Assembly: GCA_012518255.1 (NCBI GenBank)
Contig: JAAYSX010000080.1
Coordinates: forward strand, 11,932 to 75,931
Reading direction: 5' to 3'
From: Candidatus Epulonipiscium sp.
GTDB taxonomy: Bacteria > Bacillota > Clostridia > Lachnospirales > Cellulosilyticaceae
Length of the DNA stretch: 64,000 nt
Shown: positions 1 through 10,444 of the stretch, piece by piece
Layout: each line of letters begins with the position of its first letter
Position numbering within the stretch: the stretch's first letter is position 1
Made by a program: the position numbers and the translations under genes
The notes under the pieces: generated by a model
The model's input: the letters and a program-made list of their open reading frames with translations, nothing else
What the model was told of the DNA's origin: nothing
The model's database searches: none

Positions 1-735
1 ACCCACTATTAACCTCTTAAGGTGAAGTTCAAGTGCAATACGAAGGTACATATCAAGGTCCAGTGAATTATGGTGGGTTTTAAATGGACGTGCCGCTGCC
101 CCTCCAGCTATTTGATGTAAAACTGGCGTTTCTACTTCAATGTAATCCCTACTGTCTAAGAAATTTCTAATCTCTTTGATTATTGCGCTACGCTTAACAA
201 AAGTTTCTTTAACCTCTGGATTAACAATTAAGTCTACATATCTTTCACGATACCTTAGGTCTGTATCCTTTAAACCATGGTATTTTTCAGGTAATATTTG
301 CAAACTTTTTGCATGTAACTCTATATGATTAGCCCTTATGGAGATTTCTCCTTTTTGTGTTTTAAATACACTACCTTTAAGGCCTATCATATCCCCTATA
401 TCGTATTTCCTAAAATCTTCAAATATGTCTTCATCTATGGCGTCTTGTCTTACATATGCTTGTATTTTGCCATCCTTATCCTGGATATTAATGAAAGATG
501 CCTTGCCCATATCTCTCTTAGACATTAACCTTCCCGCTACAGATACTTCCTTGCCTTCATACTCCTCAAAATTCTCTGAGATTTGTTTACTGTAATCTGT
601 AACTTCATATTTTACAATTTCATATGGATCTTTCCCCTTTGCTTGGAGATCCCTTAATTTTTCGTGGCGCACTTGTAAAAGTTCGCTTAGTTCTTCGTTA
701 GGTCTAATACTATCATTATGTTCAGACACTTTCAC
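1..735 (-). CDS. lysS: Lysine--tRNA ligase (class II), N-terminal ~245 codons; gene continues beyond window start
   Basis: Absent from ORF track because it runs off the window. My translation of the minus strand from GTG 735 gives [39 protein letters not shown]...[29 protein letters not shown]...[20 protein letters not shown]...[27 protein letters not shown], typical of LysRS. greA-lysS adjacency is common in Firmicutes. Confidence 0.9.
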   Translation of the reverse strand, partial: MKVSEHNDSIRPNEELSELLQVRHEKLRDLQAKGKDPYEIVKYEVTDYSKQISENFEEYEGKEVSVAGRLMSKRDMGKASFINIQDKDGKIQAYVRQDAIDEDIFEDFRKYDIGDMIGLKGSVFKTQKGEISIRANHIELHAKSLQILPEKYHGLKDTDLRYRERYVDLIVNPEVKETFVKRSAIIKEIRNFLDSRDYIEVETPVLHQIAGGAAARPFKTHHNSLDLDMYLRIALELHLKRLIVG

Positions 736-772
736 TTCATCCTTTCGTATACATATTCTTTCTATATATTAT

Positions 773-1252
773 TTAAATTGAAATCTTTAATATTTTGTAT
801 TTTTCCTCGCCAAAATCCGTAGCTACCACAACTTCATCATCTACCTTACGGTTTAAAAGTGCAGCACCTACTAGAGATTCATTAGAGATTTTACCCTTCA
901 TTGGATCAGCTTCCGTAGATCCAACAATCATATATTCCACTTCTTCTTCATATCCCATGTCATATAAGAGCACTTTACAACCAGGTTTTACTACATCTAC
1001 ATCTGAATCTTCATCATGGTCTATTATAACAACATTACGGAACATTTTCTCTATCTCAGCTATACGGGTCTCTATCTCTGCCTGTTCTTCCTTAGCAGCG
1101 TCATATTCCGCATTTTCTGATAGGTCACCTTGCGCTCTAGCTTCCTTTAACTTTTGAGCTACATCAGCTCTTCTTTTTATTTTTAAGTCCTCAATTTCTT
1201 CTTCTAACTTCTTAACCCCTTCATATGTTAGCAATATTTGCTTTTGCATCAT
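773..1252 (-). CDS. greA: Transcription elongation factor GreA
   Basis: 159 aa. Has an N-terminal coiled coil ([11 protein letters not shown]...[14 protein letters not shown]) and a C-terminal GreA/GreB-type domain. GGAAGGGG RBS lies 8 nt upstream. Confidence 0.95.
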   Translation of the reverse strand: MMQKQILLTYEGVKKLEEEIEDLKIKRRADVAQKLKEARAQGDLSENAEYDAAKEEQAEIETRIAEIEKMFRNVVIIDHDEDSDVDVVKPGCKVLLYDMGYEEEVEYMIVGSTEADPMKGKISNESLVGAALLNRKVDDEVVVATDFGEEKYKILKISI

Positions 1253-1368
1253 GTAAATTACCCCTTCCTAACTTAGCATTATTTGCTTAAATCTGTATTA
1301 TCAGATTGAGTTTTCATAATTCATGAATTATAACGTATTCACTTATACTTGTCAAACTATTATGCCTT

Positions 1369-2268
1369 TTAAACCAGTTTATAAATTTCAATATTTTGCT
1401 TCTGTAATCTTTTCATGGTTTCCTTATAATCACTAGTAAAGATGCTATCTATCTCCAGTAGCATCTCGGCTTTTTTTGTACTTACAATCTCACCATTTTT
1501 TACTAGTAGGAACTGATCTATAACATTAATTGTATCCTGTTTTTCCATTAGAATGACTGTTTTTTCCTTATTATTTGCTATGTCCAAATATAAAGCACCC
1601 TTTTTACAAAGGTGTATAATAGATGGATCGTAGTAATGTGTATCTATTATAATATCTCCTTGTGATATTGCGTTCTTATTATATGACAAAACCTGCATAT
1701 TTAACCCTACATCCTGAAATATATACTGGGATTTATCATTAAATCTTTCTGGCCTATCACTAACTATTGTTAGGTGATTTATATGTGGATATATAAAATC
1801 TATTATCATATCTACATCTTCTCTATTACCATCTAAAAGAATTACTTCAATATTTCCTAGATCTTTATTAATTATTTTTTGGGAAGTTGCAAATTTAATT
1901 ACTTCCATTACGAAAAATGGTTTAATATAATTTCCTGTGCATTCTTTTATGTTTCTAAATTGGCTTGTTGTTATAAGGCGGGGTAAGGTTAGGTGGGTAA
2001 TTTCCTTTTGCTTTAATTTAACTTCTATTTTGTTAAACACACCATCTCTTATATCCCTGGGCATCTTCCTGTACATAGTATATGTTAAGGGTAATTGAAT
2101 CTTCTCCCCCTTAATATCCCAGGTTGATTTTTCTTGGTACTTGAGCATCCTATCCCACTTTATTATTCTATACCTTAAGCCTTCTGGTAATTTCATAATA
2201 TGCTTATTAATAGGAATATCTTCTTCATTTTCTGCAAAATATAATTCTGCGTACTTTGCCATATCCAT
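1369..2268 (-). CDS. Hypothetical protein, 299 aa, no confident family assignment
   Basis: Long uninterrupted ORF co-oriented between dusB and greA. The segment NIEVILLDGNREDVDMIIDFIYPHINHLTIVSDRPERF looks like a beta-alpha-beta unit but has no GxGxxG. Confidence 0.6.
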   Translation of the reverse strand: MDMAKYAELYFAENEEDIPINKHIMKLPEGLRYRIIKWDRMLKYQEKSTWDIKGEKIQLPLTYTMYRKMPRDIRDGVFNKIEVKLKQKEITHLTLPRLITTSQFRNIKECTGNYIKPFFVMEVIKFATSQKIINKDLGNIEVILLDGNREDVDMIIDFIYPHINHLTIVSDRPERFNDKSQYIFQDVGLNMQVLSYNKNAISQGDIIIDTHYYDPSIIHLCKKGALYLDIANNKEKTVILMEKQDTINVIDQFLLVKNGEIVSTKKAEMLLEIDSIFTSDYKETMKRLQKQNIEIYKLV

Positions 2269-2327
2269 CCCCTCCTATATCTTGTCATTGTTACTTCTAT
2301 TCATATTAGTGGGGACTTATGACATGT

Positions 2328-3293
2328 TTAACTTATATGACTAGCATATTGCCAAAGTACACTTTTAAGTTCTTCTAGATTGTCTATTTTATTAATTTTA
2401 ACACGCATTTCTGATGAATTAGGCAAACCTTTAATATACCACGCTAAATGTGATCTCATTTGCCTGATACCTATATAATCTCCCTTATAAGTTAATATCA
2501 TTTCTGCATGGTATAAAGCTGTTGCTATACGTTCTTCCACTGTTGGCATAGGTAAAATCTCACCTGTTTCTAGATAATGATTGGTCCTGCTGAATATCCA
2601 AGGGTTGCCCTGTGCACCTCTTCCTATCATAACAGCATCGCAACCAGTCTTGTCCAACATATCCTTAGCATCCTGGGGCTTTACTATATCCCCATTCCCT
2701 ATGACTGGAATTCCTACTGCATCTTTTATCTCTTTAATTATATTCCAGTCTGCCTTGCCAGTATAGAATTGCTCCCTGGTCCTCCCATGTATAGCAATAG
2801 CATCTGCTCCAGCATCCTCTGCTATTTTTGCTATTTCTACTGCATTTATTGAGTTGTCATCGAAGCCTTTTCTAATTTTTATAGTTAATGGTTTTTCTAT
2901 GGATCTTGCCACCCTATATACTATTTCCCCTATTCTTTCAGGTGTTTTCATTAGGGCAGATCCTTCACCATTTCTTGTTATTTTAAGTGCCGGGCAGCCC
3001 ATATTAATATCTATCATATCGACTGGAGTTTCTTCAACTCTTTTGGCCATTTCCGCAATAATATCTGGGTCGCTACCAAACAATTGGGCTGCTACTGGAT
3101 GCTCCCTTTCATCAACTTGCAAAAGTGAACCTGTTTTTTCGTTTTCAAAAAGCAAGCCCTTGGCACTTACCATCTCTGTGTATACCATCCCACAGTTCTG
3201 TTTCTTACATAATAATCTAAAGGGTAGGTCCGTCACACCTGCCATAGGTGCTAAAAAGACTTTATTATCTATTTTAAGGTTCTTTATTTTCAC
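2328..3293 (-). CDS. dusB: tRNA-dihydrouridine synthase
   Basis: 321 aa with FLAPMAGVTDLPFR, NMGCPA and HGRTREQ motifs of Dus flavoenzymes. Confidence 0.9.
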   Translation of the reverse strand: MKIKNLKIDNKVFLAPMAGVTDLPFRLLCKKQNCGMVYTEMVSAKGLLFENEKTGSLLQVDEREHPVAAQLFGSDPDIIAEMAKRVEETPVDMIDINMGCPALKITRNGEGSALMKTPERIGEIVYRVARSIEKPLTIKIRKGFDDNSINAVEIAKIAEDAGADAIAIHGRTREQFYTGKADWNIIKEIKDAVGIPVIGNGDIVKPQDAKDMLDKTGCDAVMIGRGAQGNPWIFSRTNHYLETGEILPMPTVEERIATALYHAEMILTYKGDYIGIRQMRSHLAWYIKGLPNSSEMRVKINKIDNLEELKSVLWQYASHIS

Positions 3294-3302
3294 TGTTACT
3301 CC

Positions 3303-4076
3303 TTATTTCTTATTTTTATCATATATTATACTAAGCCCTTTCATGGTTAGCAAGGGGTCATATATGTCTATAACTTCTGTACCTTCTTGGATTATCTTAC
3401 CAAGCCCCCCTGTTGCTATAACCTTTAAATCCTCTCTCCCTAGCTCTTCTTTTACTTTTTTAACTATATACTCAACTTCCCCTATATATCCATACACTAA
3501 TCCTGCCTGCATGCTAGTAATAGTGTTTCTTGCATCTAGGATATTTTCAGGTTTTTTGATTTCAAACTTAGGGAGCTGGGCTGCTCTTTCCCATAGGGCA
3601 TCAGCACATATTCTAATACCTGGTGATGTAATCCCAGCAATAAACTTGCCATCTTCTGTAACAACATCGTATGTTGTAGCAGTTCCAAAATCTATTACTA
3701 TAGCTGGGCCTCCATGTAGCTTATATCCTGCAACTACATTTACAATACGATCTGCCCCAACCTCTTTTGGGTTCTCTGTCCTAATATCTATTTCTGTTTT
3801 TAGACCTGGGCCTACAATTATGGGGGTAATATTAAAATATTTCTTGAAACTATTAATTAAGGAGTACATAATATCTGGAACTACTGAAGACATTATTATG
3901 TCATCTATATCAGATACTTTTATATTGTTTTGTTCTAAGAACTCTAACATGAGGACACCGTATTCATCTGAAGTTCTAGGTGGTTGGCTACTCATTCTCC
4001 ACCCTCCTATTAAATCAGTACCCGTCATTGCCCCTACAACAATATTAGTATTTCCCACATCTACTACCAGTATCAT
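3303..4076 (-). CDS. coaX: Type III pantothenate kinase
   Basis: 257 aa with [19 protein letters not shown] and ATGGLG ASKHA-fold motifs. Confidence 0.9.
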   Translation of the reverse strand: MILVVDVGNTNIVVGAMTGTDLIGGWRMSSQPPRTSDEYGVLMLEFLEQNNIKVSDIDDIIMSSVVPDIMYSLINSFKKYFNITPIIVGPGLKTEIDIRTENPKEVGADRIVNVVAGYKLHGGPAIVIDFGTATTYDVVTEDGKFIAGITSPGIRICADALWERAAQLPKFEIKKPENILDARNTITSMQAGLVYGYIGEVEYIVKKVKEELGREDLKVIATGGLGKIIQEGTEVIDIYDPLLTMKGLSIIYDKNKK

Positions 4077-4161
4077 ATCTATGTCACTCTCCTATATTCT
4101 TTCAAATAACATTACAAAGCTTTCTATCATATAAAAACAGGCACTTAAGTGCCTGTTAAGT

Positions 4162-4746
4162 CTATGCCTCAAGTGCTTTTCTAAGTGCCAGTATAATAGG
4201 AACTACTATTATTATAGTAATTATCATTTCTGCTACTCCACTTGTACTTGCAATACCTACTACAAAGGCTATTACTGTTCCACTAACTTCCATCTGTTCT
4301 AGTATCTGACCTAATTGCTTAGAATAAACTATCACTAAGGCTCCTAGGGTAAATACTGTATTAGTTATACTTGCTATTGCTGCTGAAATTCCAACACTTA
4401 TGCTTGATACTTTTATTGCTTTACTAAGTACAATAAAAACATATGCTGTAAGTACTCCCATAAGGGCCCTTGGTAACACTGATACTAATGGATTAATAAA
4501 TAATGGATCTAAAGGACTTACTGGTGCCAGTATTGCTTTAGATAGCGTAGTTAATCCCATGACTATTCCAAGTGTTAACCCAACAGTAGGTCCATACATA
4601 ATTGCCCCTATGGCCACTGGTATATGCAGTATAGTTGCCGTCATTGTTGGTAATGGTATTAGTCCCAGCGGGGTATAACCCAAAATGATAATTAGCGCAC
4701 TTAATACTGCCGTTGTTGCCATTTCCCTAGTGTTCATTTTCTTCAT
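4162..4746 (-). CDS. ECF-transporter S component, pantothenate-type suggested only by context next to coaX
   Basis: Polytopic membrane protein (MKKMNTREMATTAVLSALIIILGYTPLG...). Start moved to ATG 4746, which follows GGAGGA. The ORF-track start at 4782 has no RBS. Confidence 0.7.
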   Translation of the reverse strand: MKKMNTREMATTAVLSALIIILGYTPLGLIPLPTMTATILHIPVAIGAIMYGPTVGLTLGIVMGLTTLSKAILAPVSPLDPLFINPLVSVLPRALMGVLTAYVFIVLSKAIKVSSISVGISAAIASITNTVFTLGALVIVYSKQLGQILEQMEVSGTVIAFVVGIASTSGVAEMIITIIIVVPIILALRKALEA

Positions 4747-4836
4747 ATTAAATTCCTCCGTTCTCGTTCCTTTAGGATACAAGACTTTTATTTTGTAACA
4801 ATACCATTATATATTCAATCGCCTATATAATCAACA

Positions 4837-5292
4837 TTAGCCCTTAACAATCTCTACTGTTTCTATAATGGTCTTCTCCATATCGTGCCCATATTCCTTA
4901 ATTAGTAAATCTATAATCTCATCAGGGTCTTTCTTTTCTTCTTGGTATAGGACTGTAACCTTCCTGAAAATCTGGCCATAATCAGTATGATACATTAAAT
5001 ACCATAATTTCATCATTTGAAATTGTTCTGCATTTTCTTCCCTTATTTCTTTGAGCTCTAGCTGCGCTCCTATTTCATCAAATGAAAAATCTCCTTCTTC
5101 ACCTTTAATATTTAAAATAACTTCCCCTTCATGATTAAAAGCTAGAGTCACAATACCCCTTAATTTTTCAGCCAGTCTTATACAAAGTTCCTTCATTTCA
5201 TCCCTAATCTCTATAGGCAACCCTTCATATTTTGGATTTTCGTAATATTGTTGTTTATAGTGGGATGCTAATATAAAAATTTGATCTTCCAT
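4837..5292 (-). CDS. Hypothetical cytoplasmic protein, 151 aa
   Basis: Clean ORF between birA and the ECF S component. No recognisable motif. Confidence 0.55.
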   Translation of the reverse strand: MEDQIFILASHYKQQYYENPKYEGLPIEIRDEMKELCIRLAEKLRGIVTLAFNHEGEVILNIKGEEGDFSFDEIGAQLELKEIREENAEQFQMMKLWYLMYHTDYGQIFRKVTVLYQEEKKDPDEIIDLLIKEYGHDMEKTIIETVEIVKG

Positions 5293-5310
5293 TTTTCTCT
5301 CCTTTAATCT

Positions 5311-6090
5311 TTAAGCGTATCCATATATACCTCTTACAGACACCTCTCCAAATTTAATAGTTTCCTTACCCCCATCTTCCCTAACTACAATAAGCCCTCC
5401 CCTTTTATCAATATCAAGTGGAGTTGCTTTATAAGGCTTCTTATCATCTAAAACCAGGACCTGGTTTTTTAGTGTTATACACAAATCTTTATACTTATCT
5501 AAAACATTCTCTAAGGACCCTACCTTTATATACTCTTTATAGTAAAGTTCTAAGAATTCTAAAGTAGATATGCTAATCTCTTCCCTGTCATAATTCTGTC
5601 CCCCTTCTATTTTAAGGGATGTTGCTACTTCTTCTAATTCCTCTGGAAAGCTTTCAATATTAACATTAATGCCTATTCCAATTATTACATAATTTATCTT
5701 ACTAGCATCCCCGCTCATCTGGGTTAATATACCACATACCTTTTTACCATCTACCACTATGTCATTGGGCCACTTAATATAGGCTGGCAGGCTAGTCGTT
5801 TGCCTAATTGCCTTACATACAGCTAATCCTGTAATTAAGGTAATGGCTGGTATATCCTGGACTTGTATTTGTGGCCTAGTTATAACACTCATCCATACTC
5901 CTTGTCCCTTAGGTGATTGCCACGACCTTCCAAGCCTACCTCGTCCCTTATTTTGTGAATCCGCTATAACTACTAGGCCCTCACTAGCCCCTTCCTTCGC
6001 CATATTCCTAGCTACTTCGTTGGTGGAGGTTACTTCCTCATATCTATATATTTCCTTGCCAAATACTTGTGTTTCTAGTTTTTTGCTCAT
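5311..6090 (-). CDS. birA: Biotin--[acetyl-CoA-carboxylase] ligase, class I (no N-terminal HTH)
   Basis: 259 aa with GRGRLGRSWQSP biotin-protein-ligase signature. Too short to include a repressor domain. Confidence 0.85.
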   Translation of the reverse strand: MSKKLETQVFGKEIYRYEEVTSTNEVARNMAKEGASEGLVVIADSQNKGRGRLGRSWQSPKGQGVWMSVITRPQIQVQDIPAITLITGLAVCKAIRQTTSLPAYIKWPNDIVVDGKKVCGILTQMSGDASKINYVIIGIGINVNIESFPEELEEVATSLKIEGGQNYDREEISISTLEFLELYYKEYIKVGSLENVLDKYKDLCITLKNQVLVLDDKKPYKATPLDIDKRGGLIVVREDGGKETIKFGEVSVRGIYGYA

Positions 6091-6161
6091 ATAGGTCTCC
6101 TTACCTGAGAAATTAGATAAAAACCTAAAAAGACGCCAACTAATTAGTTGGCGCCTTAATT

Positions 6162-8111
6162 TTATTCTTCTGGAGTAAGATCTACCCCTTGCTTTTTCTC
6201 TTCTCTTTCTTTACGCATTTCTTCTGATGCCTTAAAGATATTGTCATTAAATATTTCATCTTCGCCAATTTCTTCACCGCTCATAATTTTGCGTAATTCT
6301 GCACCTGTAATTTTCTCTCTTTGCATAAGAGCCTGGGCTGTAAGTTCTAAAGCTTCCATGTTTTCTTCTAGGAGTCTCTTAGCCTCAGTATAAGATTCTT
6401 CTATAAATAATTTTACTTGTTGATCTATAGCAAGGGCAACCTCTTCACTATAGTTACGTTGCTGATTATAGTCACGTCCTAAGAATACTTCTTCTTGATT
6501 AACCCCATATTGCATTGGTCCTAAATCACTCATACCATATTTGGTTACCATATTACGCGCTATATTAGTAGCCCTTTCTATATCATTTGAAGCACCTGTT
6601 GTAATATCTCCTATTACTAATTCTTCAGCTGCCCTTCCACCTAGTAGTGCAACAATTTCTTGGTGCATATATGTTTTGGTTACATACATAGTATCTTCAC
6701 CAGGTAAAGGCATTGTATATCCTCCTGCTGGCCCTGTTGGTATAATTGACACACTATGAACTGGGTCTATTTCTGATAATAGTTCATGTATTATAGCATG
6801 GCCTGCTTCATGGTAGGCTGTAACACGCCTTTCTTTTTCGGAAACAACATAACTCTTTTTTTCTGTACCTACGGCAATTTTTATTAATGCCTTCTGTACT
6901 TCTTCCATATCTATAGCTCGTTTGTTTTCCCTAGCTGTCAAAAGTGCTGACTCATTCATTAAGTTTTCCAAATCTGCACCTGTAAAACCTGGTGTAGTCT
7001 GAGCAACTACCCTTAAATCCACATCTTCTTGCAAAGGTTTGCCCCTTGAGTGGATCTTTAATATTTCTTCTCGTCCTTTTACATCTGGCCTACCTACCAT
7101 AACCTGCCTATCAAAACGTCCTGGCCTAAGAAGTGCAGGGTCTAATATATCTGCACGGTTAGTTGCAGCTATAATTATAACTCCTTCATTATCGCCAAAT
7201 CCGTCCATTTCTACAAGGAGCTGATTTAAGGTTTGTTCCCTTTCATCATGCCCTCCACCAAGTCCTGCTCCACGCTTTCTACCTACAGCATCTATCTCAT
7301 CAATAAAGATAATGCATGGGGAGCTTTTCTTGGCTTGTTCAAATAGGTCCCTTACACGAGATGCACCCACACCTACAAACATCTCAACAAAGTCTGAACC
7401 TGATATACTATAAAATGGTACTCCTGCTTCTCCAGATACTGCTTTAGCAAGTAAGGTCTTACCCGTTCCTGGCGGTCCAACTAAAAGAACCCCCTTTGGA
7501 ATACGTGCCCCTATTTTCATATATTTCTTAGGATCCTTTAGGAAGTCCACAAGTTCAGAAAGTTCTTGTTTCTCTTCGTCCAATCCTGCTACATTTTTGA
7601 AGGAAATCTTCTTGTCACCTTCTGGCGCCATTTTTGCACGGCTTTTACCAAAGGACATAACCTTGCCGCCGCCACCGCCACCTTGCATCTGTTGCATAAA
7701 AAACATTAATACAAATATCAAAAGTCCTACTATTAAAAGCGTAGGCAACATAGTCATCAATATACTAGGCTGTGGTGGTTCTATAAGCTTAACATCAATA
7801 GCATCTCTAACATCTGATGGCAAACTACTTAAGTATGATGTAAATGCCGTTTGTGGTACTGATACCTCCCACTCTGATGCCTCAGCCGGGTCACTTTTTA
7901 ATACCACCCTTGCATCTGCTATCTCACCACTTGTAACTGATTGCATACTAAGGGATTCTACTTCTTTTTCTTCTATTTTACTTAACAACTCTGTATATGT
8001 TAGGGATTCCTTCGATGTCTTGGTTAGGCTATCCGTTCCTAAGGCTACTGCCAAAAGGATTATAAGTAGTATACTTATATATAAGCCAAAACTTCTAAAA
8101 TTTTTCTTCAA
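6162..8111 (-). CDS. ftsH: ATP-dependent zinc metalloprotease FtsH
   Basis: 649 aa with two TM segments, Walker A GPPGTGKT, Walker B IIFIDEID and HEAGH zinc site. Confidence 0.97.
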   Translation of the reverse strand: MKKNFRSFGLYISILLIILLAVALGTDSLTKTSKESLTYTELLSKIEEKEVESLSMQSVTSGEIADARVVLKSDPAEASEWEVSVPQTAFTSYLSSLPSDVRDAIDVKLIEPPQPSILMTMLPTLLIVGLLIFVLMFFMQQMQGGGGGGKVMSFGKSRAKMAPEGDKKISFKNVAGLDEEKQELSELVDFLKDPKKYMKIGARIPKGVLLVGPPGTGKTLLAKAVSGEAGVPFYSISGSDFVEMFVGVGASRVRDLFEQAKKSSPCIIFIDEIDAVGRKRGAGLGGGHDEREQTLNQLLVEMDGFGDNEGVIIIAATNRADILDPALLRPGRFDRQVMVGRPDVKGREEILKIHSRGKPLQEDVDLRVVAQTTPGFTGADLENLMNESALLTARENKRAIDMEEVQKALIKIAVGTEKKSYVVSEKERRVTAYHEAGHAIIHELLSEIDPVHSVSIIPTGPAGGYTMPLPGEDTMYVTKTYMHQEIVALLGGRAAEELVIGDITTGASNDIERATNIARNMVTKYGMSDLGPMQYGVNQEEVFLGRDYNQQRNYSEEVALAIDQQVKLFIEESYTEAKRLLEENMEALELTAQALMQREKITGAELRKIMSGEEIGEDEIFNDNIFKASEEMRKEREEKKQGVDLTPEE

Positions 8112-8154
8112 GGAATACTCCTCCCTTCTTCTTTTTATGTGTTTACTAATAATC

Positions 8155-8673
8155 TTACTGCTTATTAATTGCTATATATGGTAGATTCCTATAAAGCTGC
8201 TTATAATCTAATCCATATCCTAAAACAAAATGATTTTCTATTGTAAAGCCTACATACTTAACATCTACATCTGCAATTCTCTGATCTGGTTTATCTAAAA
8301 GTGTACAAATTTCTATACTTGCTGGGTTTCTTTCTTTTAGGATTTTTATCAAATAGTTAAGTGTACGACCAGAATCTATTATATCCTCTACAATTATAAC
8401 ATGCTTACCTGTAATGCCCTCATCTAAATCTTTTACAATCTTTACAATTCCACTACTCTTAAACTCATCCCCATAACTGGATACTACCATAAAATCCATC
8501 TTTAAAGGGATTTTTATTTGTTTTACTAAATCTACCATGAACATTACTCCACCCTTAAGAACACAGATGACAGTAATTTCCTTACCTGCATAGTCTTTAG
8601 AAATCCTAGCCCCTAATTCCTTGGTCTTTTGGTAGATTTCTTCCTCTGAAATAAGTGTTTCTAAATTCAACAA
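8155..8673 (-). CDS. hpt: Hypoxanthine phosphoribosyltransferase
   Basis: 172 aa with [18 protein letters not shown]-binding motif. Apparent TTG start after GGAGGG. ftsH-hpt-tilS synteny. Confidence 0.9.
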   Translation of the reverse strand: MLNLETLISEEEIYQKTKELGARISKDYAGKEITVICVLKGGVMFMVDLVKQIKIPLKMDFMVVSSYGDEFKSSGIVKIVKDLDEGITGKHVIIVEDIIDSGRTLNYLIKILKERNPASIEICTLLDKPDQRIADVDVKYVGFTIENHFVLGYGLDYKQLYRNLPYIAINKQ

Positions 8674-8697
8674 AATCCCTCCTGCTTAATTTTATGT

Positions 8698-10059
8698 TTA
8701 TAAGTCTGTTATTTGTATTTGGAGTATACATTTTGTTTCGTCAGTTATATAATAATATTCACTTAATCTATAACCAACAATCCATATTACATTTTCATCA
8801 TCAGCTATAAGAATAACATCATCTCTGTATGTTTTGGGTATTTTTTCATCTATAAAAAAATCCTTTAATTTCTTAGAACCATTCTTTAGTAATATTTTAT
8901 CTCCAGCCTTACGATTCCTAATCTGTAGATTACCATTTATTTTATCATAATCAATGTTTTTAGTATAGGTATTTTCATACCTTTGTTTGTTTTTACTATC
9001 ATCCACTAATATCATTTCTACTTTTTTGTTACATTCTACAACCTTGTTAATCCCTATATTTAGCTCCTGGCTATATGATAGGGTCTTCTTATCCTCGAGA
9101 ATTCTAATATGGTCGTGCTCCCTTATGGCAATTGATTCCATGCCAATATTAATACTTTTTCCACTTTGCTTATGGGCTAACTCCATAATATCATTAATAT
9201 TTTTATATTTTATATCCTTTAGGCTACCTAGGTTACTTTCTATAACCATTCTAATAATCCTGCTTTGAATTACAGGATGGTAGGATAAAAAAGATTTAAT
9301 ATGAATTCCATGTCCCTTTTGGTCTTTCTTAACTACTTTTTTATAAGCTTCTTTGGTTTGTATATCTAAGTAGTCCTCTGTTTCCTGAAGTTGATCCGCT
9401 GCCTGGGATATCACCTCTATCACATTAGGATTAAAGTCTTCCTTCAGTATAGGTAAGACCTTAAGTCGTAGTTTATTCCTTGTATATATATCCATCTTAT
9501 TAGTAGAGTCTTCCCTATAGTCTAAAGCATTTTGCTTACAATATTCTTCTACCTGCTCCCTACTTATCATTAATAAGGGCCTGATTATAAAATCTCTCTT
9601 TGCCATTATGGCTCCCAGGCCTGTAACTCCACTTCCCCTTATTAACCTCATAAGCATTGTTTCTGCTTGATCATTCATGGTATGGGCTACAGCAATTTTA
9701 TCCGCACTATACTTCAGCCTTGTTTCTTCGAAGAAATTATAACGTTCATTTCTTCCCACCACTTCTTCAGAAGTCTTATGCTTCCTTGAAAGTTCTACAA
9801 TATTACAGTTATGCTCTTCATATGGTATATCCCACTCCCTGCATATGGACCTAACAAAGCTAGCATCCTCTTTAGCTTCTAGGCGCATACCATGGTTAAT
9901 ATGGGCTACAATTAGTTGAATTTCATACTTGTCCCTAAGTTCCTTTAGGATATGCAATAAACATATAGAGTCAGCTCCCCCTGAGACTCCAACTACAATA
10001 CTTTCACCTTGCTCTATTAATTTATTCTCTTTAATATAATTTACAACAGTTTTTTTCAT
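8698..10059 (-). CDS. tilS: tRNA(Ile)-lysidine synthetase
   Basis: 453 aa with VGVSGGADS PP-loop and a C-terminal TilS substrate domain. Confidence 0.9.
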   Translation of the reverse strand: MKKTVVNYIKENKLIEQGESIVVGVSGGADSICLLHILKELRDKYEIQLIVAHINHGMRLEAKEDASFVRSICREWDIPYEEHNCNIVELSRKHKTSEEVVGRNERYNFFEETRLKYSADKIAVAHTMNDQAETMLMRLIRGSGVTGLGAIMAKRDFIIRPLLMISREQVEEYCKQNALDYREDSTNKMDIYTRNKLRLKVLPILKEDFNPNVIEVISQAADQLQETEDYLDIQTKEAYKKVVKKDQKGHGIHIKSFLSYHPVIQSRIIRMVIESNLGSLKDIKYKNINDIMELAHKQSGKSINIGMESIAIREHDHIRILEDKKTLSYSQELNIGINKVVECNKKVEMILVDDSKNKQRYENTYTKNIDYDKINGNLQIRNRKAGDKILLKNGSKKLKDFFIDEKIPKTYRDDVILIADDENVIWIVGYRLSEYYYITDETKCILQIQITDL

Positions 10060-10097
10060 AATATCCCCTTTATGTTCTCATTATATTACAAGTATTT

Positions 10098-10133
10098 AAA
10101 AAAGCAATGTATAAGTACTATACACTGCTTTTT
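10098..10133 (-). terminator. Hairpin terminator after the 89-aa ORF
   Basis: Stem aaaagcaatgtata / tatacactgctttt (1 mismatch), flanked by A and T runs. Confidence 0.6.
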
Positions 10134-10401
10134 ATAGGATGTATAGGCATATTAATAGTATACAAATACTAATAGCCAGTATAAAATTTAAGGTCCTATC
10201 TAGGGAGCCAGCCTCATCTTTTTTGTTTGTTTTATTGTCTAGGCCATTTTTCTTAGCATGGTTACCTATTATCATATCAGCCTTGCGCTGCAAATCCATA
10301 TATGAGTAATTGTTAATTACATCTTTTTTTAAAATAAATATAGCCTCTTGGTACCATCCGCTGTCACTGCCCTTTATTTTAATCACCTTTTGCTTATCCA
10401 T
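10132..10401 (-). CDS. Small hypothetical protein with C-terminal TM anchor (89 aa)
   Basis: ORF followed by a hairpin terminator. C-terminal sequence is LNFILAISICILLICLYIL. Confidence 0.5.
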   Translation of the reverse strand: MDKQKVIKIKGSDSGWYQEAIFILKKDVINNYSYMDLQRKADMIIGNHAKKNGLDNKTNKKDEAGSLDRTLNFILAISICILLICLYIL

Positions 10402-10444
10402 ATCTTTGAGCCTCCATATATATTTAATTGGAGTCTCCCACTTT

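Noticed and set aside
2854-4134. 426-aa plus-strand ORF spanning the coaX and dusB loci
   Set aside because: It is exactly antisense to two well-supported genes. The product is low-complexity and rich in Ser, Ile, Leu and Pro, with no motif or RBS. This is a typical shadow ORF in AT-rich DNA.
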